The notes under the pieces were generated by a model. It saw nothing but the letters and a program-made list of their open reading frames with translations. It was not told the DNA's origin and ran no database searches. Positions 54,678-64,000 of a stretch of DNA of 64,000 nucleotides are shown here, piece by piece (position 1 is the first letter of the stretch; every line of letters begins with the position of its first letter). The position numbers and the translations under genes are program-made. Origin of the DNA: an uncultured Bacteroidales bacterium (lineage in GTDB: Bacteria > Bacteroidota > Bacteroidia > Bacteroidales > WCHB1-69); contig ONHS01000003.1 of the NCBI GenBank assembly GCA_900317715.1, forward strand, positions 7,954 to 71,953. Reading direction: 5' to 3'.

Positions 54678-57600
54678 AGTAGAAACTGCATTGAAGTACA
54701 TTTCACAAGTCTTATAGGTAATCATGTTGCCGTTAGCATCTTGTTCAATCAATTCAACTGAATAGAATCCGTTCAGACCACCGATCTCTTGATAGTTAGA
54801 ATAGATAGCGCCAGGAATTGCAACACCATTTCTGTACCACTGGAAGCCCACGAAGGTGTGACCACCGTTGGTTGCAGGATTGTTGTTCACAACCACAACG
54901 TCGTTCCATCTTTGATCCATGATCGGGAGAGAACCACCGAATGCGTAATCACCAGCAAGTACACGTACTACGATGTCGTATGAACAACCATCCACTGTGA
55001 AGACTGCAGTGTAGTCACCAGGAGCAGAAGGAGCTGCGAATGTAGCAGAGTTGTTGCTGATCGTGCCAGCATCTTGTAAACCGTTGTTATAAACCACGGT
55101 GAATGCAGCTTGAGGATTACCGGAAATCATGTTGAAGTGGATGGTCACTTGACCATTGTCATTACAACCTGATTCGAAGAAGTTCTCAGAGAATTCAATT
55201 TCGTTGACGAAGACAGTAGCAATAGCATCTGCAGTGAATGAAGTGTTCTCGCAGTAAGCGTCAGCAACCAAATTAATTCTGTAAGTGGTTTGTTCGCTCG
55301 GAGCGACGAAGATGCTAGCCGTGTTAGCCATTGTAGTAGCAGCAGCAACAACATTACCATTGCCATCAACAACCTCATATTGGAACGGAGCAACACCGGT
55401 GAATGCGATAACGAGTTCAACAGATGCACTAGGATCGTTAGAACAGATTGATGCGCCATCACCACTGGTGAAGGTAGCCGTAGGCAGTTCGTGGATGGTA
55501 ATTGCAGCAGCAACAGCACCAGTATTGGTCAATTGACAACCGCTACCAATGTTACCAACGAAGGTCGGAGTATAGGTGTAAGTACCAGCTTGAGTAGGCA
55601 GATCGTATGAATTGCCACCGAGACCGCCAGACACGTCAGTCGTGTTGCCGTTTTCATCAGTAACAGTCCATTGGATATGACCACCAGTGTAGTAAGCATA
55701 ATCGAATGCACCACCTTGGATAGCAGCCTGCAAGGTAACGAGGTCGCCGATACAACCGTCTAACAGATGTGAGCTGTAAACGTGAACCTCGGTCCAAGAA
55801 GGATTACCAACAACATTCACAACCTCGACGTTAGAGGATTGAGGTTGACAGTTGTAACCAGAAGTTGAAACGACAACCTGATAGCTGTAGTTGCCAACAG
55901 TGTTCAGAGTCTCAGTAATCTGGTTCATAGCAGTGGTGACAGGAGTATTAGAGTGTGCAATGACACCGTTAGAGAGCCAATTGAAGGTCATATTACCGTA
56001 GATGTTGCTGTTCGTCACACCATTGACAGTATTGTTGTAGTTGGTAACAACACCAGTGAGAGTAACAGAACCGCCTTCGCAGATAGCAAGACCATCAGCA
56101 GAGTTCAAAGCCACAACAGGTTGTTCAGCAACTTGGACAGTCACAGGAGCAGACCAAGTAGAAGCGCAACCGAGGTTGTTGTTTTGAGCAACTCTCAAGG
56201 TGTAGGTGTAAGAACCAGCTGCATTGAGAGGTTGTACGAAGGTATTAGCAACAGCGCCTTCAACTTCAATACCGTTGATAGCCCATTGATAGGTGATATC
56301 GCCAGGAATGTTGCTGTTAGCGGTAACGTTTGCAGTCAAAGTGGTGGTACCACCAACACACATTTCAGTGTGGTCAGCAGCGATAGTCACTGTAGGAGCA
56401 GCAACAACTTGAACAGGAGCAGCGATAGTAGCTGTAGCAGAACAAGAAGCGCTTGCATTGGCAGCAGAGACGATAACGCTTGCACTGATTGTACCAACGT
56501 TTGCAATAGAAGCGGTAACAGTGTTAGCATTCACAGCTTGTTGTGTACCGTTGACCGTCCAAACATAGTTGTAAGAACCAACAGGAGCAACGTGAGCGGT
56601 GAAGGTCACTTGACCGTTTGCACATACATAGTTATTATCAGCAGTGATGGTAACTGAAGGAGCAGCCAAGACATTCACTTCGTGAGCCTCAGAAGTTGCG
56701 GTACATCCAGTATTGTCGGCACGAGAGATCGTGACGGTGAAGTAATAAGGAGTAGCAGCATCGTTAGCAGCAACAGAAGGAACGAAGGTAGGAACAGCAG
56801 TGGTCTCAGTACCTTGAGCAGCACCAGTCCAATTCCATACGTAGGTGTAAGCAGCACCTTCAACACCACCAGTGACGAATGCATTCAAGGTGAGGTCACC
56901 GCCTTCACAAACCGTATTAGCACCGTTGATTGTCACAGAAGGACGTGCAACAACATTTGCAGGAACAGTGTTGGAGACAGTTGAACAACCATTGATAGCG
57001 CTGGTCACAACCACATAGTAATCGTAAGAATCACCGAGGAGGAGATCTGAAGTGGAGTATTGTGCAGCATTTGCACCTTGGATAGCAACTGCATTGTCAC
57101 CATTCACAATTCTGTACCATTGATAGCTCAAAACATCACCAGTGATAACATTGTTCACAGTAGCAGTGAGAGTAAGGTTACCACCTTCGCAGACATTGCC
57201 GAAACCAGCGATGTCAACAGTGTAAGAAGGATTGATGCTAACCAGCGTATTGATATTTGCAGAAGCATTGTTAGCGCAACCAATACCGGTTTGAGCGATC
57301 TCAACAGTGTAAACATCATTGTCACCATAGTTGAGAACAGGGATGTTCAGAGTTTGGTTGGTCTCACCATTCATAATAGTACCATTCTTGTACCATTGAT
57401 AAGTGATGTCACCATAACCGCCAGTCACATTAGCCTTGATAGCCGTAGAACCACCGTTACAAACAGTAGTAGCATAACCGTTCACGACAGAGATCGTCAC
57501 GACAGGATCAGCAACAATGCTGTAGTTGACAGGATCAGAAGTGGATTGACAACCATAGTTAGAGGTGACAGTCACCCAGTATGAGTAGTTGCCAGCAGCA

Positions 57601-60600
57601 TCCTCAGAAGAAGTGGTGAATGAAGGAGTATTAGCAACAAACTCAGTAGTAGTATTCGTATTTCTATACCATTCGTAAGTGTAACCATTCAGACCGTTCA
57701 CACCTGCAACACCACCGTCAACAACTGCGGTGAGAGTAGCGGTACCGCCAACACAAGTGATGTCATTGCTAATAGTAGCAGTAACAACAGGATCAGCAAC
57801 AACCGTGATAGCAGGAGCAGCAGCAGTCACGTTACAACCAGGATTAGCAGTAACAACCACAGTGAAGTTGTAAGCAGTTTCGCGAGCAACCTCAGCAACA
57901 GTGTAATCAGCGCTGTTAGCACCGAGGATCACAGCATTGTCCTTATACCATTGATAGCTATAAGCAGCGAGAGGAGTAACATTTGCATGTAAGGTGGTAG
58001 AACCGCCATCGCAAATGGTAGTATTACCCTCAACAGTAACAGCCACAACAGGAGTAGGAACAACCGTCACGATTGCATCAGCAGAAGCAGATGAAGTACA
58101 ACCAGACATCGGCACGATTGCAGTTGCAGTGTAAACGTAGATGGTAGCGTCACCATCAACCGTGACAGGAGACTCGGTCAGAGTAGCCTGATGAGCGTCA
58201 GAGATGACAACACCATTTCTAGTCCATTCGTAAGAAGCACCCGCAACAGCGTTAGAGACAGCCAAAGTAACTTGACCACCGTCGCAAATCGTAGCGTTAT
58301 CAACGGTTACGACAGGAGTAGCAGGAACTGCATTCACAGTGATATTGATAGTATCCGTAGCAACACAACCAGAGGTGCTTTGAGAAGCCGTCACGATGAA
58401 GGTCTCAACACCAGCGGTGGTAGCATTGAAGGTATAAGCAGAACCTTGGAAACCATTGTTCCAGTTGTAGTTCACATCGCTATTGTTCCAACCGGTAACT
58501 TCAGCAGTGATAACGGTAGTACCGCCAACACAGATTTCAGTCTCGGTAGCAGTGAGCTGCATTTGAGGAGCCTCAGCAACAGTTACGTCGTAAGACATAG
58601 ACTCAGTTGAACAAATACCAGAAACCGTAGCAACAACCTTATAAGAACCAGCTGCGGTAACAGTGATATGATCAGCAGTAGGAACATTGTTCATAGCAAC
58701 ACCATCCTTGTACCAAGCGTAGGTGATGGCAGAAGCAGGAGCGGTTGCCGTAACATTTGCATACAGAGTGGTGTTACCACCGTCGCAGAAGTTATTGACA
58801 CCAGAGATGACAACAGACTCAGGAGCGGAGATACCAACATAGTAAGCATAAACGATACGACCATTGTACATAGCGTACGGTAATGCACGTTCAGATACAC
58901 AACCTTCTTCGCTGGTAACAGTAGCAGAGAGATAGTGAAGACCTTCTTCTGCATTGAAGATGATTTGAGCAGTATTCATACCAGGAAGTTCGAAACCATC
59001 CATGTACCAAGTCACTTGCATGTTATCAGTGCCCTGAGCAATGATAGCTGCAATTTGAGAACCAGTACAGATAGAATCAGCAGAAACAACCACGATAGGA
59101 GTAGCAGGACGAGGATTGACGTTGATCGTAATCTCACCAACAGCTTGACATGTGCCAGCAGCGTTAGTAACAGTTGCAGTCACAGTGTAAGTGGTGGTGG
59201 TATCAGGTTGTACGTCGATCGTAGTAGCGTGGCTACCAGTTGACCATACGAATTCAACATTGCCAACCCAACCATTTTGCTCAACAGAGAGAGTGGTATG
59301 TTCACCTTCACAGATGTTAGTAGCAGTAGCGCTCACGAGAACTTGAGTACCGAATGCTTCAACCGTGAAGTTATCAGAAGTCATAGAGCAACCTTCTGCA
59401 GTTTCGAGGGTCACGTTGTAAACGCCAGCCTCAACCACATGGGTAGCACCGACAGTACCGTCGTTCCAAGTGAAGGTACCTTCAACATCAGAATGAGCGG
59501 TCAAAACAGTAGAATCATTTTGACAAATGACATTGTTACCTGTGATAGTCACAGTGGTAGGAGCAGGAGTGACAACCACAGCAGGAGCAGCAACAGCATC
59601 TGCAGAGACGCATTGTTCATTGCTGATAGCCTTGACAGAGTAGTTGTAAACACCAGCCTCATTGAAGTTAACCGTAAGAACTGCTTGGTTCTCACCAGCG
59701 ATCACATGACCGTTGTTGTACCAAATGTAAGCAGTAGCGGTTGAATCAGCCGTAGCGGTGAAGGTCACCTGCTGACCTTGGCAGATAACAGTATCAGAAA
59801 CTGTCACAGCAGTAATAACAGGCAGCGGGTTAACAACGATGGTAACCTGACCCTCAGCGGTACAAGAACCGTTGTTGTTGGTAACAGTAGCAGTCACATG
59901 ATAAGTGGTGGTAGCAGCAGGAGTGACATCAACCGTAGAAGCGGTGCTGTTGCCAGCCTGAGCATCCCATTGATAAGTCACATTGCCTTGCCAACCTTCT
60001 TGGTCAACAAACAGAGTGGTATGTTCGCCCTGACAAATAGCGGTAGCAGAAGCGCTCACCAAGATGTCAGTACCGAAGGACTCAACAGTGAAAGGTTCAG
60101 AAGTCATTTCACAAGCCTCTTCCTCAGTGGTGCTAACCGTTACAGTGTAAACGCCAGCAGGAACCTTGATAGAAGACTCGTGAGAACCGTTAGACCAAGT
60201 AATGATACCCTCAACATCAGAGGAAACGGTCAAAACAGTGCTGTCACCCTCGCAAATCACATTGTTACCAGTGATAGTAACTGATGTAGGAGCAGGATTG
60301 ATCGTAACCATAGCTTCAGGAGACATCGCAGAAACACAACCTGAACCCGGGAAGGTAACGATAGCGCTATAATAATTGGTCGTCACATGATTGTCAGTGG
60401 TGAAGACATTCTCAGTGAAGATAGGCAGATGTGCACCTTCGATTTCGAAGCCATTTCTGTACCAAGTGTAGACACCTGCTTCGTCATTGTCTTGGTCAGT
60501 AGAAGCAGCCACGATAACTTGAGCGCCGTTACAAACAACGTCGTCAACTGCGATAACTTCAGTAATCACAGGAACAGGAGCAACATTGATGATAATCTCG

Positions 60601-63600
60601 TCATTAGCGGAACAAGTAGAGTGGGTTTGGAATACATCAACACCGATGATGGTAGTATCAGTAAGTGTAGTAGTATAAGTAGGTGAAGTAGCACCAGGGA
60701 TGTAGTAACGATATTGAACAACGCTAGTGTCATACAAGAAGTGTTCATAATCGTTATAAGCAGGATCATAATCGTAAGCGCTGATAACTTGTTGTTCGCG
60801 GATTTCATACCAATGATAGGTAAGGTTCTCAGCATTGTAATCATCCAAGTTAGCAGTCAAAGTAACTTCACCATTAGTACAGATGTTGGTTTCAGTAGCT
60901 GTGATGTTCACAACAGGTTGAGTGAAGACATAAACGAGGTATTCCTCAGAATGTGCTTGACAACCGTCTGCGATATCGTCACGCCATACGTCAACAGTGA
61001 ATCTGTAAGGTTCGTCGCGAGGATACAGATACTCAGCGAAGAAGTTGTTATCGCCAAGGTTGTAACCCATATTATCTCTGATTTGGCCAGATTCGTACCA
61101 AGTGTAGTGCAGATGACCCACATTGTAACCAACAGTGTCAACATTTGCAATCAAGAATACAGAATCGGTTTCGCAGACGAATTGATCGCCAGTGATTTGA
61201 GGTCTAGGATTCGGGTAAACGATAACAGGAGTCGTGGTAGAAACAGGAAGTGAAGTACAACCAGCTTCAGGGAAGGTCACCATAGCGGTGTAGTTGTATT
61301 GTTGAACATTATTGTCGATGATAGCAGGAGTATCGAAGATAGTACTTGCAACAGCACCTTCTAACACATGACCATTTCTGAACCAAGTGAAAATACCGTC
61401 GGTACGATCGCTGTTAACAGTAGCGGTAACGGTGATTTGTGAACCGTAACAAATATTCTGAGCAGAAGTGGTAACTGAAGTGATAACAGGGATAGCGTTA
61501 ACAACAACAGGAAGTTCGTTAGAAGTAGCAATACAACCAGAGGTGAGTTGTTCAACAACCAAAGTGTAGTTGTGAGTACGAACACCTTGAGGAACGTAAG
61601 TGTAGCTCATACGAGTTGCACCAGGAATAGCAACATTGTTGTCATACCATTGGAAGGTGAGCATATCTTCATTCCAATCAGCGAGAGCAGCAGTAAGAGT
61701 AATCTCACCACCTTCGCAGATGTTGTTCTCAGTAACATTGATTGTCACAACAGGATTAGCGTTGACATAAACGAGAGCTTCGCTGGTAGCGCTGCAACCA
61801 TATTCGTTCTCGATAGAAACGCTGAAGCTGTAAGGATAATCTCTATAAGGTCTGCTAATAGAAATGGTATCATTAGTAGTTTGAGCAAACATATCATTGT
61901 TTTCGAACCACTTATACTGAACACCCGTAGGAACAGAAGGATAGAGATTAGCTACAAGAGTAATGTTGTTAATAGTATCAACACAAACGATAGGATCGGT
62001 AACGAGTTCAACAACAGGATTCGGGTTAACCGTGAATCTATTCATCAACTTCACGTCAGACTCACAACCAGGCTCGTCTTGTGCAACAGAAACAGCGTAA
62101 ACATATTGAGTAGGTTCATTGTTGAGAGCGGAAACAACCTCAGTAAAGGTAGGAGCGGTTGCACCCTCGATGACAGCACCATTACGATACCAAGTGTAAA
62201 CAGGATTGTTGTTCACACCACCAGTAACGTTAGCAGTCAACACAACTTGATAACCGTCACAAACAACATTTTCAGTAGGAATGTTGTTAGAAATTGAAGT
62301 AACAACAGGATCAGCAACGACATTTACATTCAAAGTGTCAGAAGTACCAACACAACCAGAGGTGAGTTGATTAACAACGAATGTATAATTGTGGTTACCT
62401 TCTGCAGGAGCATAAGTGTAGCTCAAAGTAGTTGCATTAGAAATAGCAACACCATTGTCAAACCATTGATAGGTGAGTTCATCTGCATTCCAATCAGCGA
62501 GAGCAGCAGTCAAAGTGATTTCACCACCGTTACAGAGGAGGGTATCAGTAACTGCAATGTTCACGACAGGAGCAGCATTCACATAAACCAAAGCATCAAC
62601 ATGTGAAACGCAACCGTATTCGTTTACGAGTTCAACTGCGAAGCTGTAAGGATAATCTCTGTAAGGTTTCGTGAAGTAATAAACGCTATCCATCGTTTGC
62701 GCAACGAGAGCATTGTCTTCAAACCACTTGTAAGAAATAGCAGTAGCAGGCATCGGATCAACATTTGCATAAAGAGCAATATTGTTAGTATCCTCAACAC
62801 AGACAATAGGATCAGTAACAAGTGCGATAGAAGGATTCGGGTAAACAACAACTGCATGGTCGAAGGTGAAGACTTCAGATTCGCAACCAGAAGCGGATTG
62901 TTGAACCTTAACAGCATATACATAGCTTGTAGGCTCATTGTCAATAGCGACAGGAGCATCAACTAAGATATATTCGTTGGAGTTTTCGATAACTTCACCG
63001 TTGCGGTACCAAGTGTAAACCTCGCCACCATCAACACCGCCGCTGATAATATCAGCAACCATGGTAACAGTTCTGCCTTCGCAGATGGTATCATTACCAC
63101 CTAAGTCGTTAACAGCGGTAACAACAGGAATATCGTTGACAACAACGCGGAAAGTATCGTAAGCAACACAGTATTCAGTGTTGACATCCATCAGGTGAGA
63201 AACCATCACGATATAGTCGGTGGTGCGAGCGGGCTCGAAGGTCTCAATCTCATGAGTAGCACCGAGGATACGGTTTTGGTTGGTAGCACTGTTCTTGAAC
63301 CATTGATAAGTTAACATCGGATCATTGTAGTTCTCCAAGTTTGCACGAAGAGTAACTTCACCACCTTGACAAATCTCGTTGGCATCGCCAGTGATATGAG
63401 TGTAAGGTCTGGTATAGACATTAACTTCGAAAGGAGCAGAAATGGTAGTACAACCATCGCCATTGGTAACTTCAACCGTGTAGATATAAGGATTCAAATA
63501 AGTAGGAACCATCTTCTCTGCATAGTTGTTATCCCAACCTGCGATATTGTCTCTGCGTTGGCCGCTCTCATACCAAGTATAAGTAGCGTCAGGATCAGCA

Positions 63601-64000
63601 ATACCGTCAACCCAAGCGGTGAGGACGACATTGACGTCTTGAGGTCCGAAGTAGCAAACATTCGGGTTACCATCGATTGTGACGATCGGGTTACGACGCA
63701 CGTGGATAGTATCAGAATTAACCTCAACAAGCTCACAACCAGGAATGTCATAAACCATATAAGCGCTGTAAACGTAGTCAACAGGATCACTGTCATAAAT
63801 ACCAGCTTGAGCGCTGAATTCAGGACCATGGATATCATTCAAATCGATACCATTGAGTCTCCAAACATATTCATGATCGTAATCAACGATGTAATTACCA
63901 GTAGGATTACCATTTGCATCAAGTGAATCAACCAATGCTTGGATATTCAATTGAGCACCCTCACAAACGTTGGTGGTCGGAAATGCAGGATTAGCATTGA
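54432..64000 (-). CDS. Giant cell-surface repeat protein (more than 3188 aa, N-terminus outside the window): roughly three dozen Ig-like ~80-90-aa modules plus a type-A T9SS C-terminal sorting domain
   Basis: The track start at 63950 is TTG, and the frame stays open to nt 64000 (..TNVCEGAQ-LNIQ..). Module signature C.GG..TL.A ... Y.W(Y/F).NG ... C is repeated throughout. Rich in T/V/N/A/G. Confidence 0.93.
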   Translation of the reverse strand, partial: NANPAFPTTNVCEGAQLNIQALVDSLDANGNPTGNYIVDYDHEYVWRLNGIDLNDIHGPEFSAQAGIYDSDPVDYVYSAYMVYDIPGCELVEVNSDTIHVRRNPIVTIDGNPNVCYFGPQDVNVVLTAWVDGIADPDATYTWYESGQRRDNIAGWDNNYAEKMVPTYLNPYIYTVEVTNGDGCTTISAPFEVNVYTRPYTHITGDANEICQGGEVTLRANLENYNDPMLTYQWFKNSATNQNRILGATHEIETFEPARTTDYIVMVSHLMDVNTEYCVAYDTFRVVVNDIPVVTAVNDLGGNDTICEGRTVTMVADIISGGVDGGEVYTWYRNGEVIENSNEYILVDAPVAIDNEPTSYVYAVKVQQSASGCESEVFTFDHAVVVYPNPSIALVTDPIVCVEDTNNIALYANVDPMPATAISYKWFEDNALVAQTMDSVYYFTKPYRDYPYSFAVELVNEYGCVSHVDALVYVNAAPVVNIAVTDTLLCNGGEITLTAALADWNADELTYQWFDNGVAISNATTLSYTYAPAEGNHNYTFVVNQLTSGCVGTSDTLNVNVVADPVVTSISNNIPTENVVCDGYQVVLTANVTGGVNNNPVYTWYRNGAVIEGATAPTFTEVVSALNNEPTQYVYAVSVAQDEPGCESDVKLMNRFTVNPNPVVELVTDPIVCVDTINNITLVANLYPSVPTGVQYKWFENNDMFAQTTNDTISISRPYRDYPYSFSVSIENEYGCSATSEALVYVNANPVVTINVTENNICEGGEITLTAALADWNEDMLTFQWYDNNVAIPGATRMSYTYVPQGVRTHNYTLVVEQLTSGCIATSNELPVVVNAIPVITSVTTSAQNICYGSQITVTATVNSDRTDGIFTWFRNGHVLEGAVASTIFDTPAIIDNNVQQYNYTAMVTFPEAGCTSLPVSTTTPVIVYPNPRPQITGDQFVCETDSVFLIANVDTVGYNVGHLHYTWYESGQIRDNMGYNLGDNNFFAEYLYPRDEPYRFTVDVWRDDIADGCQAHSEEYLVYVFTQPVVNITATETNICTNGEVTLTANLDDYNAENLTYHWYEIREQQVISAYDYDPAYNDYEHFLYDTSVVQYRYYIPGATSPTYTTTLTDTTIIGVDVFQTHSTCSANDEIIINVAPVPVITEVIAVDDVVCNGAQVIVAASTDQDNDEAGVYTWYRNGFEIEGAHLPIFTENVFTTDNHVTTNYYSAIVTFPGSGCVSAMSPEAMVTINPAPTSVTITGNNVICEGDSTVLTVSSDVEGIITWSNGSHESSIKVPAGVYTVTVSTTEEEACEMTSEPFTVESFGTDILVSASATAICQGEHTTLFVDQEGWQGNVTYQWDAQAGNSTASTVDVTPAATTTYHVTATVTNNNGSCTAEGQVTIVVNPLPVITAVTVSDTVICQGQQVTFTATADSTATAYIWYNNGHVIAGENQAVLTVNFNEAGVYNYSVKAISNEQCVSADAVAAPAVVVTPAPTTVTITGNNVICQNDSTVLTAHSDVEGTFTWNDGTVGATHVVEAGVYNVTLETAEGCSMTSDNFTVEAFGTQVLVSATATNICEGEHTTLSVEQNGWVGNVEFVWSTGSHATTIDVQPDTTTTYTVTATVTNAAGTCQAVGEITINVNPRPATPIVVVSADSICTGSQIAAIIAQGTDNMQVTWYMDGFELPGMNTAQIIFNAEEGLHYLSATVTSEEGCVSERALPYAMYNGRIVYAYYVGISAPESVVISGVNNFCDGGNTTLYANVTATAPASAITYAWYKDGVAMNNVPTADHITVTAAGSYKVVATVSGICSTESMSYDVTVAEAPQMQLTATETEICVGGTTVITAEVTGWNNSDVNYNWNNGFQGSAYTFNATTAGVETFIVTASQSTSGCVATDTINITVNAVPATPVVTVDNATICDGGQVTLAVSNAVAGASYEWTRNGVVISDAHQATLTESPVTVDGDATIYVYTATAIVPMSGCTSSASADAIVTVVPTPVVAVTVEGNTTICDGGSTTLHANVTPLAAYSYQWYKDNAVILGANSADYTVAEVARETAYNFTVVVTANPGCNVTAAAPAITVVADPVVTATISNDITCVGGTATLTAVVDGGVAGVNGLNGYTYEWYRNTNTTTEFVANTPSFTTSSEDAAGNYSYWVTVTSNYGCQSTSDPVNYSIVADPVVTISVVNGYATTVCNGGSTAIKANVTGGYGDITYQWYKNGTIMNGETNQTLNIPVLNYGDNDVYTVEIAQTGIGCANNASANINTLVSINPSYTVDIAGFGNVCEGGNLTLTATVNNVITGDVLSYQWYRIVNGDNAVAIQGANAAQYSTSDLLLGDSYDYYVVVTSAINGCSTVSNTVPANVVARPSVTINGANTVCEGGDLTLNAFVTGGVEGAAYTYVWNWTGAAQGTETTAVPTFVPSVAANDAATPYYFTVTISRADNTGCTATSEAHEVNVLAAPSVTITADNNYVCANGQVTFTAHVAPVGSYNYVWTVNGTQQAVNANTVTASIANVGTISASVIVSAANASASCSATATIAAPVQVVAAPTVTIAADHTEMCVGGTTTLTANVTANSNIPGDITYQWAINGIEVEGAVANTFVQPLNAAGSYTYTLRVAQNNNLGCASTWSAPVTVQVAEQPVVALNSADGLAICEGGSVTLTGVVTNYNNTVNGVTNSNIYGNMTFNWLSNGVIAHSNTPVTTAMNQITETLNTVGNYSYQVVVSTSGYNCQPQSSNVEVVNVVGNPSWTEVHVYSSHLLDGCIGDLVTLQAAIQGGAFDYAYYTGGHIQWTVTDENGNTTDVSGGLGGNSYDLPTQAGTYTYTPTFVGNIGSGCQLTNTGAVAAAITIHELPTATFTSGDGASICSNDPSASVELVIAFTGVAPFQYEVVDGNGNVVAAATTMANTASIFVAPSEQTTYRINLVADAYCENTSFTADAIATVFVNEIEFSENFFESGCNDNGQVTIHFNMISGNPQAAFTVVYNNGLQDAGTISNNSATFAAPSAPGDYTAVFTVDGCSYDIVVRVLAGDYAFGGSLPIMDQRWNDVVVVNNNPATNGGHTFVGFQWYRNGVAIPGAIYSNYQEIGGLNGFYSVELIEQDANGNMITYKTCEMYFNAVSTVKVYPVPANVRQEITIELDLTAEELEGAVLDIYSVTGALINHVTDLTPITKIEGFKAQGTYFGRILTGTNEIKTVKFVIVK
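58845..60299 (-). repeat. Two tandem ~729-nt (243-aa, three-module) super-repeats inside the giant gene
   Basis: NPAPTSVTITGNNVICEGDSTVLT at residue ~1218 recurs as TPAPTTVTITGNNVICQNDSTVLT at ~1461. The nucleotide string CATTGTTACC.GTGATAGT occurs at 59531 and 60260. Confidence 0.8.
60680..63143 (-). repeat. Three tandem ~815-nt (~272-aa, three-module) super-repeats inside the giant gene
   Basis: Residues ~270-545, ~545-817 and ~817-1090 repeat the same three module types. The identical 25-mer CATTCCAATCAGCGAGAGCAGCAGT occurs at 61671 and 62486, exactly 815 nt apart. Confidence 0.85.

Noticed and set aside
54504-63926. More than a dozen + strand ORFs (60-250 aa) across the giant gene, some resembling each other (for example IPISESSS in two of them).
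   Set aside because: They are antisense to the single uninterrupted repeat-protein frame. Their mutual similarity only mirrors the super-repeats of the real gene, and the biased composition removes antisense stops.

Overview
This 64 kb window looks like chromosomal DNA from a Bacteroidota genome, probably Bacteroidales and possibly Prevotellaceae-like, though the family guess cannot be verified here. The phylum assignment rests on four things seen in the sequence: T9SS C-terminal sorting domains, 17 exact TAnnTTTG -7 promoter boxes in front of genes, a DUF3467 gene after rpoC, and lipoprotein or Gln+1 signal peptides.

Gene content is mostly housekeeping:
- A broken dcw segment: mraY, a murD remnant and ftsW.
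- An ABC-F ATPase, a glutaminyl cyclase and lysC.
- A T9SS Omp28-like protein and mtgA.
- lpxD-lpxC and tRNA-Ser(GCU).
- A hemerythrin-like protein, an atypical LuxR regulator and two DUF3857/transglutaminase-like exported proteins.
- A DUF975 protein, a Cys-less PurF-like protein, pcm, dnaA, recJ, a GT4 glycosyltransferase, a Nudix/wHTH protein and tex.
- nrnA with three FKBP lipoproteins.
- A block of membrane proteins with a wHTH regulator and a CreD-like protein.
- The secE-nusG-rplKAJL-rpoBC cluster.
- An OmpA-family protein next to a T9SS repeat protein of more than 3188 aa that runs off the right edge.

I found no transposase, integrase, phage gene, CRISPR array or recognisable defence gene.

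The most unusual signals are non-coding:
1. Nearly every intergenic spacer is filled with degenerate tandem heptamer arrays drawn from a few recurring families. They are often arranged as inverted arms and put stop codons in all three frames directly 3' of genes.
2. A ~110-190 bp structured repeat occurs three times, each time directly 5' of, and co-oriented with, an exported or membrane protein gene.
3. There are several families of REP-like perfect hairpins.
4. A conserved palindromic operator-like motif occurs twice in the wHTH/CreD locus.

All functional calls come from motif recognition by eye. No similarity search, fold prediction or statistics could be run. The supplied ORF track uses TTG/GTG as well as ATG starts, so I re-evaluated several starts.
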